A stretch of DNA of 54,291 bases, filler included, from Thelocarpon superellum (taxonomy: Eukaryota): assembly GCA_026025795.1 (NCBI GenBank). It is 2 parts of 2 records of this genome, joined end to end, with 100 filler letters (N's around TTAATTAATTAA, not from the genome) between each part and the next. Parts side by side here need not be neighbours in the genome. Positions count along the whole stretch, not along the records: positions 27,214 to 54,291 come from JAPEUG010000252.1; 1 more part is not named here. One strand, given 5' to 3'. Both the position numbers and the translations under genes were made by a program. Positions 37,888 to 49,347 of this stretch are shown one piece after another. The notes below the pieces were generated by a model. The model did not search any database, was not told the origin of the DNA, and saw only the letters and a list, made by a program, of their open reading frames with translations. How positions within the stretch are numbered: the stretch's first letter is position 1; every line of letters begins with the position of its first letter.

Positions 37888-38776
37888 GTTGACGGGTGAC
37901 AGGTAGGGATGTAATCGCTGATGCCGGTGTTTGGTATAAGCCAGTGTTTGCTTCCCACAGGGTTGCGTGAGCGGTTGGGAGCGATGGTAGAGTACTGCGA
38001 GTGATGCTAAGAGCGCTGTCAGAATTCAGAAGGCGTAGAGAAGCGTCGTCTTTCCGGAGACGGGTTGCCTCATTTATAGACGTCTGGGTGCTGCACCAGG
38101 ACGAATGCTTGGGCGGACATCTCGTGGCTTCGTCCAGTCCAGGACGCCACTGCCACCTCCGTCTCGACTCAGCCGTGCCAGCCAAGGTTGGCAAGCGTGC
38201 TATATCTCTGTACTGAAGCCAGTCGACCGCCAGATATGCTGGGTTAGATAGCATACAAAGTGATGGAGATGCGCAGCTGAAGCACGAGACGTTTGACATG
38301 TCCAGCGCAAGCACAAACTCTCCGAGCAGGCAGATCAGGTCCGCGTGCCACAACAAATCTCGATCTCTACCATCCTCCATATCGCTAAACTGTCCGCCAG
38401 CCCCCGTGTTCTGACATGTTTCATCACATGGTCTTGCATGGATATGTTATGCGCAGCCATGCCATGCTATCTGTGTGAAAGATGCATAACATAAGTTATT
38501 CATACTCACGTCATACGCCCCCTTGTTTGATACTTCGTTTCGTGGGAGACCCTGCCACAGGCCTCGCTGTATGCAAGCCCACCAATGCAAACCTCCTAGG
38601 CCTGTGATTCCGACCTCATAGCGTCGGACCGTGCCAACTGTAAATACTGGCATGTCGAAGCCTCGCTGGGACGGGTGATCCGGACCCGGATCTCTTACTG
38701 TTGTTGGCGTTAGTCAGCATAGCTACTCTTATTACCACGCTAAGTTCGTCGTCGAACGTCGCAGAAGGGTTTGGTA

Positions 38777-39558
38777 CGACGGACTATAACGCCGAGTGCG
38801 ACACATCAGGAATTCGCGAATTCGCTGCGCGAATTCGCGATTCCCGATTCCGAATTCCACGCAGCCCAGTACAACAACAACTGATGGAGATGATGCTGCA
38901 CCACCCAGTGTAGACAAGGGAGAGGTTTGATTAGAATGTAGTCTATGAGAGGGAGATTTCTCAATCCCTGTAGCACTGCTATCTACAGCTCAGCCTGGCC
39001 CAGGCTGATTTTGGAATCCTCTGTGAGATAGCCAGTCTGTGAGGCCAGGAGCTCCACGCCTCGCCACGAGGACAGGAGTGATCACATGATGGCCACATGA
39101 TGGTCACATGATACAGCATGTGACCTGGCACGCTGTATATAAACCGAGTCCCGCTGCAAGCTAGCAGAGCCCCAGTGTTCAACTCGAGTAACACGAGGAG
39201 GCTAGTCATAGGTCTATGAGCCCTAGGAGCCACAGAGTCAACTCCATTGAGTACGTCTACTGTTTCTGCCTAGCTGTAGGCCTCGTCATCACAATAGAGC
39301 TCCTAGACCTATATATATTCTACAATGCTACATCGCTCTTTCTTTCTCTCTCACTGCCTCTATCCAAACCTCTAAGAGCAAAGAGCAAGATTGCCATAGG
39401 CACAGCAGTGAGAGAAGCTCTGAGGTGAAGCAGCACATGCAGCAGCTCCACCTCAGATCCCAGTCGCTGGCTGCGTGGTATCGGGAACTGGGAATCGCGA
39501 ATTTGCTACGCGAATTCGCGAATTCCGGATGTGTCGCACTCGGCGTTATAGTCCGTCG
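38777..39558. mobile_element. Non-autonomous DNA transposon (MITE), Tc1/mariner-type TA target
   Basis: 31-bp perfect TIR CGACGGACTATAACGCCGAGTGCGACACATC, extending to ~90 bp imperfectly. TA at 38775-76 and 39559-60. 782 bp long, no transposase ORF. Confidence 0.92.
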
Positions 39559-39903
39559 TAGTTTGGATTAAAAAGTCACGTCAGCAACCGAATCATGATG
39601 TGAGCCCATGAAATATCACGTGAGTTCGTCTCCCACCGCGATTCACCGCGCTAAGTCTATCGTCGGACGTCGCCAGAGTTTGGGTTAGAAAGTGATGTTA
39701 GCGACTACGATGCCACAAGTGGGCGAAGAAGTCACACTGCAAGCGCAATCTATGGCGCACCCGTGGAGATGCACGGTGGGATCAATTTCGAGTGGTATAC
39801 GACTAGATTGGACATGACCTGGACATCTCCGCTCACGGACACGCTGAATCGAGGAGGATAAAGAGGTCAAATGCAAATGCAGGTCCGAGTGAAGATACTC
39901 CTT

Positions 39904-42900
39904 CTAGTATCGTGGCGTCGTTGGCGTGGCGGTGCCCTTGGATGATAAGCTGTAGGGGGCCTATCGTGGCATTAGTCTCGACTCAAGGTCAGAGCAGCAA
40001 TTCAGTGATCGTACCAACACTCTTTTCGCGTTGCAGATCCGCCAGGCGAGGTTCTTGACGTTGCCGTCCGCTTGGACTACCTCGGGAGCAAACTCGACGC
40101 CGAAGCTAGGACGGTGAGTACACAACGGGTCACGGGTCACGGGTCATGGCATCGCTGAGACACTCACACTTGAAGCACGGCATACACGATCCGCCGCGCA
40201 TATTTGCCGTCGCGTTCCACCAGGGAGCCATACGGCTCATCGATCGTGTTGGGCGCAATGTCCGGATCCCTGTCCAAGCAATTCCGGACCACGCGGAGAA
40301 GGTCTTTCTCCACTGCGTCCCGGAGCGAGCCATTCGCGTCGACCTCCACATTCTCCTCGTCGAAGCGGCCGATGCGGATCTCAAAGGGCAGGGAGATGGC
40401 CATGACGTTGTGCTTTCCGTCGTGGTGATATCGGAATTCAAAGACCCCCTGTGTCCACCACAGTTTGTCCCCTTCAAAGACCATCTCGCCCTGCACAGAC
40501 GCCGGCTCACCCTCGCCCTTCTCCGCACCCCGAGAGACGCGAACATCTGTAGAGAGGATGCCCTGATCGGACCGCACCGAATCGTATACGCCCGCATTCG
40601 TGGCGATCCATCTTCCCGCCGAGCCGAGCCGCGTGGCATCACGCGACGCATTGTCCGCCACCATGTAAAGTCCCACCCAGTCCCTCTTCGAGTGGCCCAT
40701 CGGCGCGGTCCATTTCACCTTGATGGGTGCCCCGTATTCGAAGATGAGAGTGCGGAAATCGCTTCTCCGTTCCGCCGGCGCCTGCGCACTCTGTCCTTCT
40801 TTCCCGCTACTTCTTTCCGATATGGCAAGAAGGGAGGATGGCGTGCCTTCGATCTCGAGAGAATAATCCTTCGGATCGTATCCCGCCAAGTCGGGTGCGA
40901 GGCGGGTCAGGGTGAGGCGTGCCGGGTACTGTCGGAACAACGTCTTGGTGTCCTTCATGATGACCCCGACCCCGTTGGCGACCTTGGGCCGGGCGGACTC
41001 GAGGAATTCCTCGACGAAATCCACCGTCTCGCCCAAGACCTTGTCGACATTCCCCCGCCACTTTCCCTGCCATTGCTTGAGAGGCGGTGGTAAGGATCGG
41101 TTGAGGCTCTTTACTAGACCCGCCTGCGCCCTCATCTCCTCACCGTAGAGCTTTTGCATATGCGGCCGCTCCACGAACTGAATGAAGGCTAGGGTAAGGA
41201 TGTGGCTCAACAAGGCGAGGGCAAACACGGCGGCGCTGCCCGTCATGATGACGGCTCCCCAGATCCCCGCGAGCCCGATGACGCGCTCGGGGTTGTTCAG
41301 GTAGCGATAGATGCCGCTATACGTCAGCTTCGGGGCGTCTTGGTCGAAGAAAAAGTCGCCGAAGAACCAGCCGAATTCACCGAGGGAGTCGTAGATGCTG
41401 ACCACGGTCCAGACGTGCAAGGCCACCAAGGCCACACCCACGACGTGCTTCAAGAGGGCGAGACCCGAGCCCCAGTCGGTGGGGAAGGTATACATCTTCC
41501 ACGCCGCAGCGACAAAACTGACATAGCACATGGTGAGGCTCAGATGGTACATGCCTTTCCACTGTCGCCACGCCTCCTCCGTGCTCTCGCCAAATTTGAC
41601 AAAGTGTCGCGTCCAGGTCTTGTGCTCCGATTGGTTCCGCAACACCCATCCTAATCCGATCGAGAGCCACAGTCTCCACGCCACAGCGTGGAAGAAGAAC
41701 AGGGCTTGGATGACGGGGGTGACCGGGGTGAGGGCGGCGAGGATGAAGACATAGAACTGGAGCAGGAGGATGGATGTGTCGGTCACGCGGAAGAGGTCGA
41801 TGTTCTGGAGGCCCATGAGGTTGTGCACCGGGGAAGGTTGGTGCAAAGAGGCCAAGCGTGGGGCCGACACGTCCTCGGTAGAGTGCTTGAGCGTCACTTC
41901 GACCTGGCCCGCGTGGTCGTCCTCCTCGCGAGCTTCCGTCCTGGCTTTGCGCGGCGGCGAGTTGTATGTCTTGTCGATGTGGGGGTTCTCGACAAAGTAG
42001 AGGAAGGCGAACTGGGCGCAGTGCGCGACAATGGAGATGAAGAGCACATTGTAGCTCGCGGCCATCAAGGAGATGCCGTAGTATCCGGCATAGCCGATGG
42101 AATACATGGGATGCGGAGCCATCTCAAAGACGCCGTCAAAGGTCAGTTCCTGGTCGATGAGGTAGAAGAAGTCTCCCCAATACCAGGCGTAGTCCTTGAC
42201 GACGCGATGGGCGTCCAACTTGACCCACAGGTTGAAGCCAAAGAGGGCGATGCCGGTGATCCAGCGCGCCAGCGTCATGACGATGCCTTCCTGCGCCGGT
42301 CGGCCGCCACACGCAAGGGCAAACAGACAGTATGACACAAAGTCGCACATCAGGATCAAGTCCACGACGCGTCGAAAGACCAGCCAGGTGTTGTACTCGA
42401 TCGGAGCGGTCTCAAAGTGGTAGTCCTTGGGGATCTTGGTCTCCATCTCGCGCTTCAAGAGCTTATAGACGGATGGATATGGATTCTTGCCCGTGGCCGG
42501 GTCCTCGAAGATCTTGGAGCGTTTGGCCCAGGACACCAGGCGTCGATGATGGGACTGCACGTGCAGCAGATAGCCGATCCCGCCATTGTAACAGGTGCGC
42601 CAAAAGAGGAAGACGACGGCGAAGACGGGCCGGCGGAGCGTGGGCGGCAGCTGGACCAGGGCCAGGATATGGAGGGCGAGAACGGCGAGGACGAGCAGGT
42701 CGGACAAGTTCTTGGGCTGGGTGGGGGATAGGAGTTGTGATACCATATCATGCGTCTGAGGTACCGTGAATACTGGCGGCGGCTTGTTTAGCGCGGGGAG
42801 CTCTCCCTCTCGACTTGACCCACTCACCGCTGCCATCGGGCGTCCGGCCAAACGTTTTTCGATCCTTGTCCGGTGGGGGGGACGAGCCCGCGTCTTGTCC

Positions 42901-43014
42901 GACGTAACTCGCCTCCGCGCGCTGGCTCTCCGTACCACCATCTCCTCTACTTCTTTGACGAAGGCCGTCGCCGGGCCTTGGGGCGCTTTCACCAGACGTC
43001 ATGTCCGCAGGCAT
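39904..43014 (-). CDS. CHO2: Phosphatidylethanolamine N-methyltransferase
   Basis: [85 protein letters not shown]. Final exons [10 protein letters not shown]...|APYSLSS. Confidence 0.96.
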
Positions 43015-44113
43015 CGCACTAGGTCTCGAGTTCGGGGACGAAGGCTACGCTGCACGATTCCGTCATTGGCGTTGACGGCCGCCTCGATCCCGGCCTTGTT
43101 CTTGGTACTGTTGTCGGGTGCGAATGAGAGTGTACGTCGTACTCAACATTCAGGTTGGCCTTGATGTCAAGTTTGCTCCAGGAGGTGCACCTGCACACAA
43201 GCCCAAGCACTTCGCTCCAGCTCGACAGACGAGAGCAGTTGTCATGGACTGGTTTCAGAGACAATTGAGGTTGGGCAGAGGTCTAGATTGAGACATTGAC
43301 ATGCAGTATGGGCGCGTTACACGTCAAATGCATGGAGCATGGCTCGGTGCGTGGTTACAAGCTGTGGGGCATGTTTCGAGTGCATGGATGGGTGAGGTGC
43401 TGAGGGCGAATGAGCGTGCCAGGCGTGCCACAAGCCTGTGCGCGCGGGAGTTGGTGCGGTTGGGACCAGAAGGTTTGGCTAGCTGGCTACTGGTGACAGA
43501 TGGCGGCATCTAGGCGAGGCGAGCACCACGTTCCTCGTCGCCGGGCACTTCTTTCGAATCAATCGTGATCTTGAGGATCAGTGACGGGGCGTATGATATG
43601 TCCCAGCCGGCGGTGACGCAGATGTGGCATTTGCGTCCCTTGCCAGTGTTCTCGGTTGGCTCGATGCTCTTGTCTAAGCGTGAAGCTGCCGCATCGATGT
43701 ATGCGTACGTGCAACAGTTGCGTCAGTCATGCCCAAGACCAACTTGTCGTTCAATCAATCCGCCCCGTGACATGGCCTGTTGATGTAGCAATCGTTGGCA
43801 CCTCGAGACATAGGAGGAGGATGGTGTAGGGCTACTTGACGAGCGAGCAAGAATCGCAGCCCCATGACCGGTAGATACCGTTCGCTGCTCGAGACCCTGA
43901 GTGACGCCGCTCCGTCGAAGGCAGATGGTGACAAATCAGAGTTCCGCCCTGTCCTGTCGCCAGGTCGTTAGGCCACGGCTAGCGGCCGATGTCAAAAATT
44001 CGCGAACTGCCCCACTACGCAAGTCCCGTCGTGCACGACCAGTGGCAGGGACATCTGGACGGGCGGTGTGTAGCTCTCTCAGCTTCAGCATCCGTTCGTT
44101 CTCGCAACTGATC

Positions 44114-45233
44114 ATGGCACCGTCGCTCGAGGAGCCAGAGCCCGTAGATCTGGAGGCGCCGCTCAAGGCTGCCCCGAAGCTCATTGCGCCTGAGCCGGGT
44201 GTGTGCCGTCAGCTCCGATGCAATGACTCCCCACTGATGAAGCACAGAGCATTGTCCGGGTCCAGAGTCCAGCACCGCTGGCCAGTCCGATGCATGCGCC
44301 GGATGCCCCAATCAAACCATCTGCGCGACGGCGCCCAAGGGCCCAGACCCAGATCGGCCCCACATCACCGCTCGTCTGTCGTCCATCAAACACAAAGTGC
44401 TCATCCTCTCCGGCAAAGGGGGCGTCGGCAAGTCCACCTTTGCCACCATGCTCGGCCACGCCCTCGCCGCCAATCCCGACAGCCAGGTGGGGATCATGGA
44501 CGCCGACATCTGCGGCCCGTCCATACCCAAGATGATGGGCGTCGAGACCGAGACGATCCATATCTCCAACGACGGCTGGTCGCCTGTGTGGGTCAGTGAC
44601 AACCTCGCCGTGATGAGCATCCAATTCATGCTTCCCACCGCCGACTCCGCCGTGATCTGGCGCGGCCCGAAGAAGAACGGCCTGATCAAGCAATTTCTCA
44701 AGGATGTGTCATGGGGCCCGCTGGACTTCCTCCTCGTTGACACTCCTCCCGGCACGTCCGACGAGCACCTCAGCGTCAACGCCTTCCTGCAGGACTCGGG
44801 TGTCGCCGGTGCCGTCGTCGTCACCACCCCGCAAGAAGTCGCCCTGCTCGACGTGCGCAAGGAGCTCGACTTCTGCGCCAAAGCGGGCATCAAGGTCCTG
44901 GGCCTGGTCGAGAACATGTCCGGCTTCGTATGTCCGAACTGCGCAGGGGAGTCGGACATCTTCGCCGCCTCGACGGGCGGCGCCAGCGCGCTCGCGCGCG
45001 AGATGGATGTCCCGTACCTGGGCAAAGTGCCTCTAGATCCCCGCATCGGCATGGCCTGCGACTATGGCGAGAGCTTCTTCGACGCCTGGCCGGACAGTCC
45101 GGCGTGCGAGGCGCTCCGCACCGTCGTTAGACGCGTTGGCGAGGAAATGGGCTTGCCTCCTGACCAGGTATTGCCGAGCACGGCCACGGGCACGGATACG
45201 ACAACGAGCAAGACGGAGGCGGTGAAGCCGTAG
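44114..45233 (+). CDS. NBP35: Cytosolic Fe-S cluster assembly factor Nbp35
   Basis: [26 protein letters not shown] (intron 44199-44247), [39 protein letters not shown]. Confidence 0.97.
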
Positions 45234-45436
45234 AGCGCAATGCCACGCGGTGCAGCGCAGTGCAGCTTGGGTATGACGTTTGCGGACTTCCGGGTGCATG
45301 GACGGGCATGGGATAGGCATGGAAGGGGCACGGGAATGGCGTCTGACATGGTCATGCGATATGGTCAATGAGATGTTGTCACGGGATCGTTCTCTTTTCT
45401 TAAATCGCAACGTGCCACCTGTTCATTCCGTACCCT

Positions 45437-47833
45437 TTACCCCCCTTCCTCCTCATCGAAGACCTCGTCAAGTACGACTAGCGTGCCAAAGTCCAACTTC
45501 ATCAGCAGTCGATCGACGCCCGTCGCGCGCCAGGGCACAAAGGCATCGGCACCGTCACCGCCACCAGCGCCCTCTGCCCCTCCTCCCCACCCCCCTCTGC
45601 TACTACTTCCACCACCCGTCCGTCCAGCCCGCTCGGCATCCAGCGCCCTCAGCCGCTTGACCAGCTTCCCAAGCAGGGTTTGGACCTCCGCCGCGCCGTC
45701 AAGCAGAGCACGCAGAATGTCGCGCTCGTCGCGACGCACATCCGAGAAGCTGTCGATGACGCCGTCGTCCGTCTCCAGATCAAGCGCCTGCCATGTTTCC
45801 TGCAGCCGCGACACCGTCGTTCCGAGTTGATCGGCCCGTTGTAGGAAGTGGCGTAGGGTTTTCGTAAAGGGCTCGTCGTCTAGGAGGAGATGATGTACTA
45901 GTGCCCGCAGGTAGGTGCGGTGTGCGTGTGTGAGTGTTTCGGGGTCGTGCGGCTTATGATGAGTTGATGCTGGTGTAGGCGCCGGGGCGGGCGCAGAGGT
46001 CCAGGGGTCTTCTGCGTCGTCGTCGTGCTTGGGATCGTTCTTGTCGTCCTCTCCACCCATCTCGAGCCAGGCCTGGAAGGCATCCCATGATCCCTTGACC
46101 ACTTCGCCCTGGAAGTACTCGCCCACTTCCGTGAGCAGGAATACTGCGGCCCCCGCGGTGGCCCAGGCCTGGCGCATCTGCCGCGTACGGGTATTACTTC
46201 GTCCTCGTTTTGTGCGAACGACCTCTTGACCCGGGGGACTGTTGCTGTAGGGGGGGCCAAGCGGTGTTGGGTGCTCTCGGCGGAGCGCCGTCCGCTTCCA
46301 GAGATCCGTTAGTCGGACGTGCCCGCGACGGATGGAGAGGAGATAGGCGTGAATGGCGGAATAGACGGCTAAATCGGGCGTGGTGAGGAACAAGTCGAGG
46401 GGCGACGTAACGTGCAAAGACAGGGTGACGGGGGTCGACAGGAGCAAGTCGTGGAACGAGACGTTGGTGAGTCGGTAGTCCTTAGTCGGACTGTTGCTAC
46501 CACGGGTAGGCGTCGCCGCCGGAGAGGTGGCCGTGGGTGCTTTTGAGAGATGCAAATGGAGGAGATCGCGTGCGAGATCTTCTTCGCCGCCGACTTCTTC
46601 CTCGTCCTCATCATCATGCTGGAAGAGGGACAAGGCCGCCCACGTCCGAGTCAGAACCGCGGACACCTCCCCTTCCTTCACCAGCACCGTGCCCAGCTGC
46701 TCTGATGGGCCATTTCGCGGCAGACCCTGCCTTCGTCCTCGCGACCTCACCTGCTCGTCAGCCTCATTGATCAGGGCGATGGCGAACTCTCCGCGTTCTA
46801 GAAGCAGGTAGTCACGTAAGATTGAGAGCACCTTGAGGATCTTGGGAAGCGGTAATAGTTGTTGAAGGGTGTTTTTGGAGAGGGAGAGACGGATGGCCGC
46901 CACGGCGGCGGAGAGATTGGAGGATGAGATGGGATATGAGAGACTGGAGAGGTAACGGAGATGCGCCGGGAGCAGATCAAGCTCGTGCGCCATGGACGAT
47001 TCGGCGCCGGCGCTGGAGAGGGCAGTATCTCTTGCCCGGATGTGATTCAGAGAGCGGCCCACAAACAGCATCGACGAGGCCGTCGAGGCCGTGACGAATT
47101 GCGGCTTCAACCTGTCGTCCACAACGAAGTCTCCATCGTCGTCGTTCACGCCAACTTTTGGAGACTTCTCGACTTGGATGAAGAAGTCCTCAGTCCCAAA
47201 GGTGGGCACGCGTCCATAGAGCATCCAGGTAGAGAGCTGCCGGACCCAGGCCGTCTCCGCCACTGAAACCAGATCCACGGCGAGGCGCTCAAGATCCGGG
47301 TAGCCCGTCTGCAGGTCGTCCCGTAATCGGTCCATCAATGCAGCGCCTGAGCATTGACTCTCTCTTCTTTCCGTTCTCAATCGCTCCCTCGATTCCGCGT
47401 CGTCACTTTCGGGCAACGGCCACATGAACTGCACCAGATCCCACAACCATTCCATCGGACGATTCCACTCCGCCAGCTCCCCGACCACGCCTGACAGTGG
47501 GACGATGCCGTATGCTCCGACTCGGCCCGCATCATTTTGAAGCACGCCCCGCTCGATCGTGAGGACCTTTGCTTGAAAGTGGGCCAAATGCGTCGAGACG
47601 ATGGCGGCCGAGACGGCACGACAGATCATGGACCGATGCGACGCGGTGATGATGGAGGTATGTGCCAACAGCTCGCGATGGAGGTCACTCAGCCGAGCAA
47701 GCGAGGAGAGTAACGCCGCTTCGGAAGGGGAGAGCAACTCTCGGAATCGACCATGGCTTTCATGGCTTGAGATGGTTGACCGTAGCAGCGGAGATGGATG
47801 CCCTGATAACGATAGCAAGATTTCGTGAAGCAT
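45437..47833 (-). CDS. GCP4: Gamma-tubulin complex component GCP4 (Spc97/Spc98 family)
   Basis: MLHEILLSLSGHPS, QLSTWMLYG, DFFI, SMLFVGRSL, LRDYLLLERGEFA, PLDLFL, RLLMKLDF. Single 798-aa ORF. Confidence 0.9.
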   Translation of the reverse strand: MLHEILLSLSGHPSPLLRSTISSHESHGRFRELLSPSEAALLSSLARLSDLHRELLAHTSIITASHRSMICRAVSAAIVSTHLAHFQAKVLTIERGVLQNDAGRVGAYGIVPLSGVVGELAEWNRPMEWLWDLVQFMWPLPESDDAESRERLRTERRESQCSGAALMDRLRDDLQTGYPDLERLAVDLVSVAETAWVRQLSTWMLYGRVPTFGTEDFFIQVEKSPKVGVNDDDGDFVVDDRLKPQFVTASTASSMLFVGRSLNHIRARDTALSSAGAESSMAHELDLLPAHLRYLSSLSYPISSSNLSAAVAAIRLSLSKNTLQQLLPLPKILKVLSILRDYLLLERGEFAIALINEADEQVRSRGRRQGLPRNGPSEQLGTVLVKEGEVSAVLTRTWAALSLFQHDDEDEEEVGGEEDLARDLLHLHLSKAPTATSPAATPTRGSNSPTKDYRLTNVSFHDLLLSTPVTLSLHVTSPLDLFLTTPDLAVYSAIHAYLLSIRRGHVRLTDLWKRTALRREHPTPLGPPYSNSPPGQEVVRTKRGRSNTRTRQMRQAWATAGAAVFLLTEVGEYFQGEVVKGSWDAFQAWLEMGGEDDKNDPKHDDDAEDPWTSAPAPAPTPASTHHKPHDPETLTHAHRTYLRALVHHLLLDDEPFTKTLRHFLQRADQLGTTVSRLQETWQALDLETDDGVIDSFSDVRRDERDILRALLDGAAEVQTLLGKLVKRLRALDAERAGRTGGGSSSRGGWGGGAEGAGGGDGADAFVPWRATGVDRLLMKLDFGTLVVLDEVFDEEEGG

Positions 47834-48411
47834 GCTGCGCGTCTGTCCTGATCTGGGGCGCCTCCGTAAGTACGGACTCTGGAAGTGATGGATCCTGTTG
47901 ATCGGTTACTGACCACTTGGAGCTTAGCCCCGCCGCTCTATGTAGGAGCTCACATCGAGAGTCCCGCCTTGTCTGAGCAGGTCTGTCGCGCTCGTGCTGT
48001 GATGCTGCTGGACCAAGCACGTCCATCGTGCGTGGCCCATCGGCTGTGATGCCGACTCACGCGTCTCGACAAGACATATCCGTGTTCTGCCCCTCCTCGC
48101 TTGTTTGCTCGCCTTGTGAGTAACATAGCTACAGGACTGCGAGCTCCATCCGACCCCACGTACTACTACGCTGCTGTCATTGCCGACCCGACCTCCTTTT
48201 GCTGATCGTACCTGTGACTGAGTTTCGATTACTGGACGAGCTTCAAACAGAAAATGTGACTAAATAAATTGGAGTCCTCCCGATTGGTGAGCTTCGCTGC
48301 AAGAATGCGTGGGGACTTTTCGACTCGCTCGGCGCCGTGCCCACAATCGAAGCGCCCCAATATTTAGAGACGGCCAGTTCTAGTTGATCGCAGCCAAATT
48401 CACGGAGCTCG

Positions 48412-48693
48412 TCATGAAGACCGCTGGCCCAAGTTCGCGTCACTTTGGTCACCTGTGACCTGTCGCGTTGACTCCACTGCGCGAAGTAAGCTCTCCTCGT
48501 CATCCAGATTTCCGACAAAGAGGGCTTCGAACTCTGCATTGCGGCCGTACTTCAGCACGCCTTTGACCGTATGACGTTCGGCGATCTGCTGGCCATCCCA
48601 AAGAAACTCGTAAACAATGGAATGGCCCAGAGTCTTGCGACTGCCTGCTCGGAGGTCATGTCGAGTTGTGCCGCCGGATATTCGTACGGGGAT
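48412..48693 (-). CDS. Candidate last exon of an unannotated ubiquitin-like-domain gene
   Basis: 93-codon frame starting right after a TAG acceptor: IPVRISGGTTRHDLRAGSRKTLGHSIVYEFLWDGQQIAERHTVKGVLKYGRNAEFEALFVGNLDDEE... Its hydrophobic and Gly pattern matches the ubiquitin/SUMO fold. Upstream exons are unresolved. Confidence 0.5.
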   Translation of the reverse strand: MPVRISGGTTRHDLRAGSRKTLGHSIVYEFLWDGQQIAERHTVKGVLKYGRNAEFEALFVGNLDDEESLLRAVESTRQVTGDQSDANLGQRSS

Positions 48694-49347
48694 CTATCCC
48701 CGCACATGCACTCCGGTCCTGGTTTACGGAGCGAGGGGCACACCTGACGAATACCAGCGTACCTGGAAGCTCAGAGACGCTGCTAGGTGACTAAAGCCGG
48801 TGGGATATTACTGGCGTATGGTGAAGAGAGGCCACTGTGGGTGTCGAGGCCCCTCGCTAGGTAGTGACTAGCAATAACATAGTGTCTGGTTAGGCTGACC
48901 ACAGTCGAGTGTCGCCTGGTGCCACCTGGTGTCGGCTTGTCAGGTGGCGTATCGTCATCCCACTCTGCTTCGTCCCCGTGCGATCCGTCATACCGATCCT
49001 CGACCTCTTTCCAACTCTCGTCCACATCTCAGCTGATCCACACTCGCCACCTCAAGATTTCACTTGACATCTCCAAGCACTGCTGCTCACGTCACCGGCT
49101 TGATCTTATATCCCAGCCGCTCGCTCCTGGGGACGCCTCTGTCTCGGCCTCTCGCACTGCGGCCAGCTCCTGTTATTTCCAACGCCCCGCACTCAACCGA
49201 ACAAGCTTGCTTCAACGTTTTCCACGTCTCGATCAGCCCTCGATCCACCCCGACAAAAACCGTAGGGGGTGTCCAAAAGGTACAGCCAAACTGGGGAAAC
49301 GAAAGGCCTCTGGGGAGGCTTTCATACGCCCTGCGTGGAAGAGAATC

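Noticed and set aside
38807..38860. GAATTCGCG repeats as a CRISPR-like array
   Set aside because: Eukaryotic context, no spacers, and fully explained as MITE TIR substructure.
13093..43014. Three SAM methyltransferases (laeA, EFM2, CHO2) as a cluster
   Set aside because: Unrelated housekeeping or regulatory families, far apart, and split by the artificial join.
48919..49347. Long N-terminal extension of UBA1 in the ORF track
   Set aside because: Read-through of UTR and intron sequence from a GTG; splice signals support ATG 49348.
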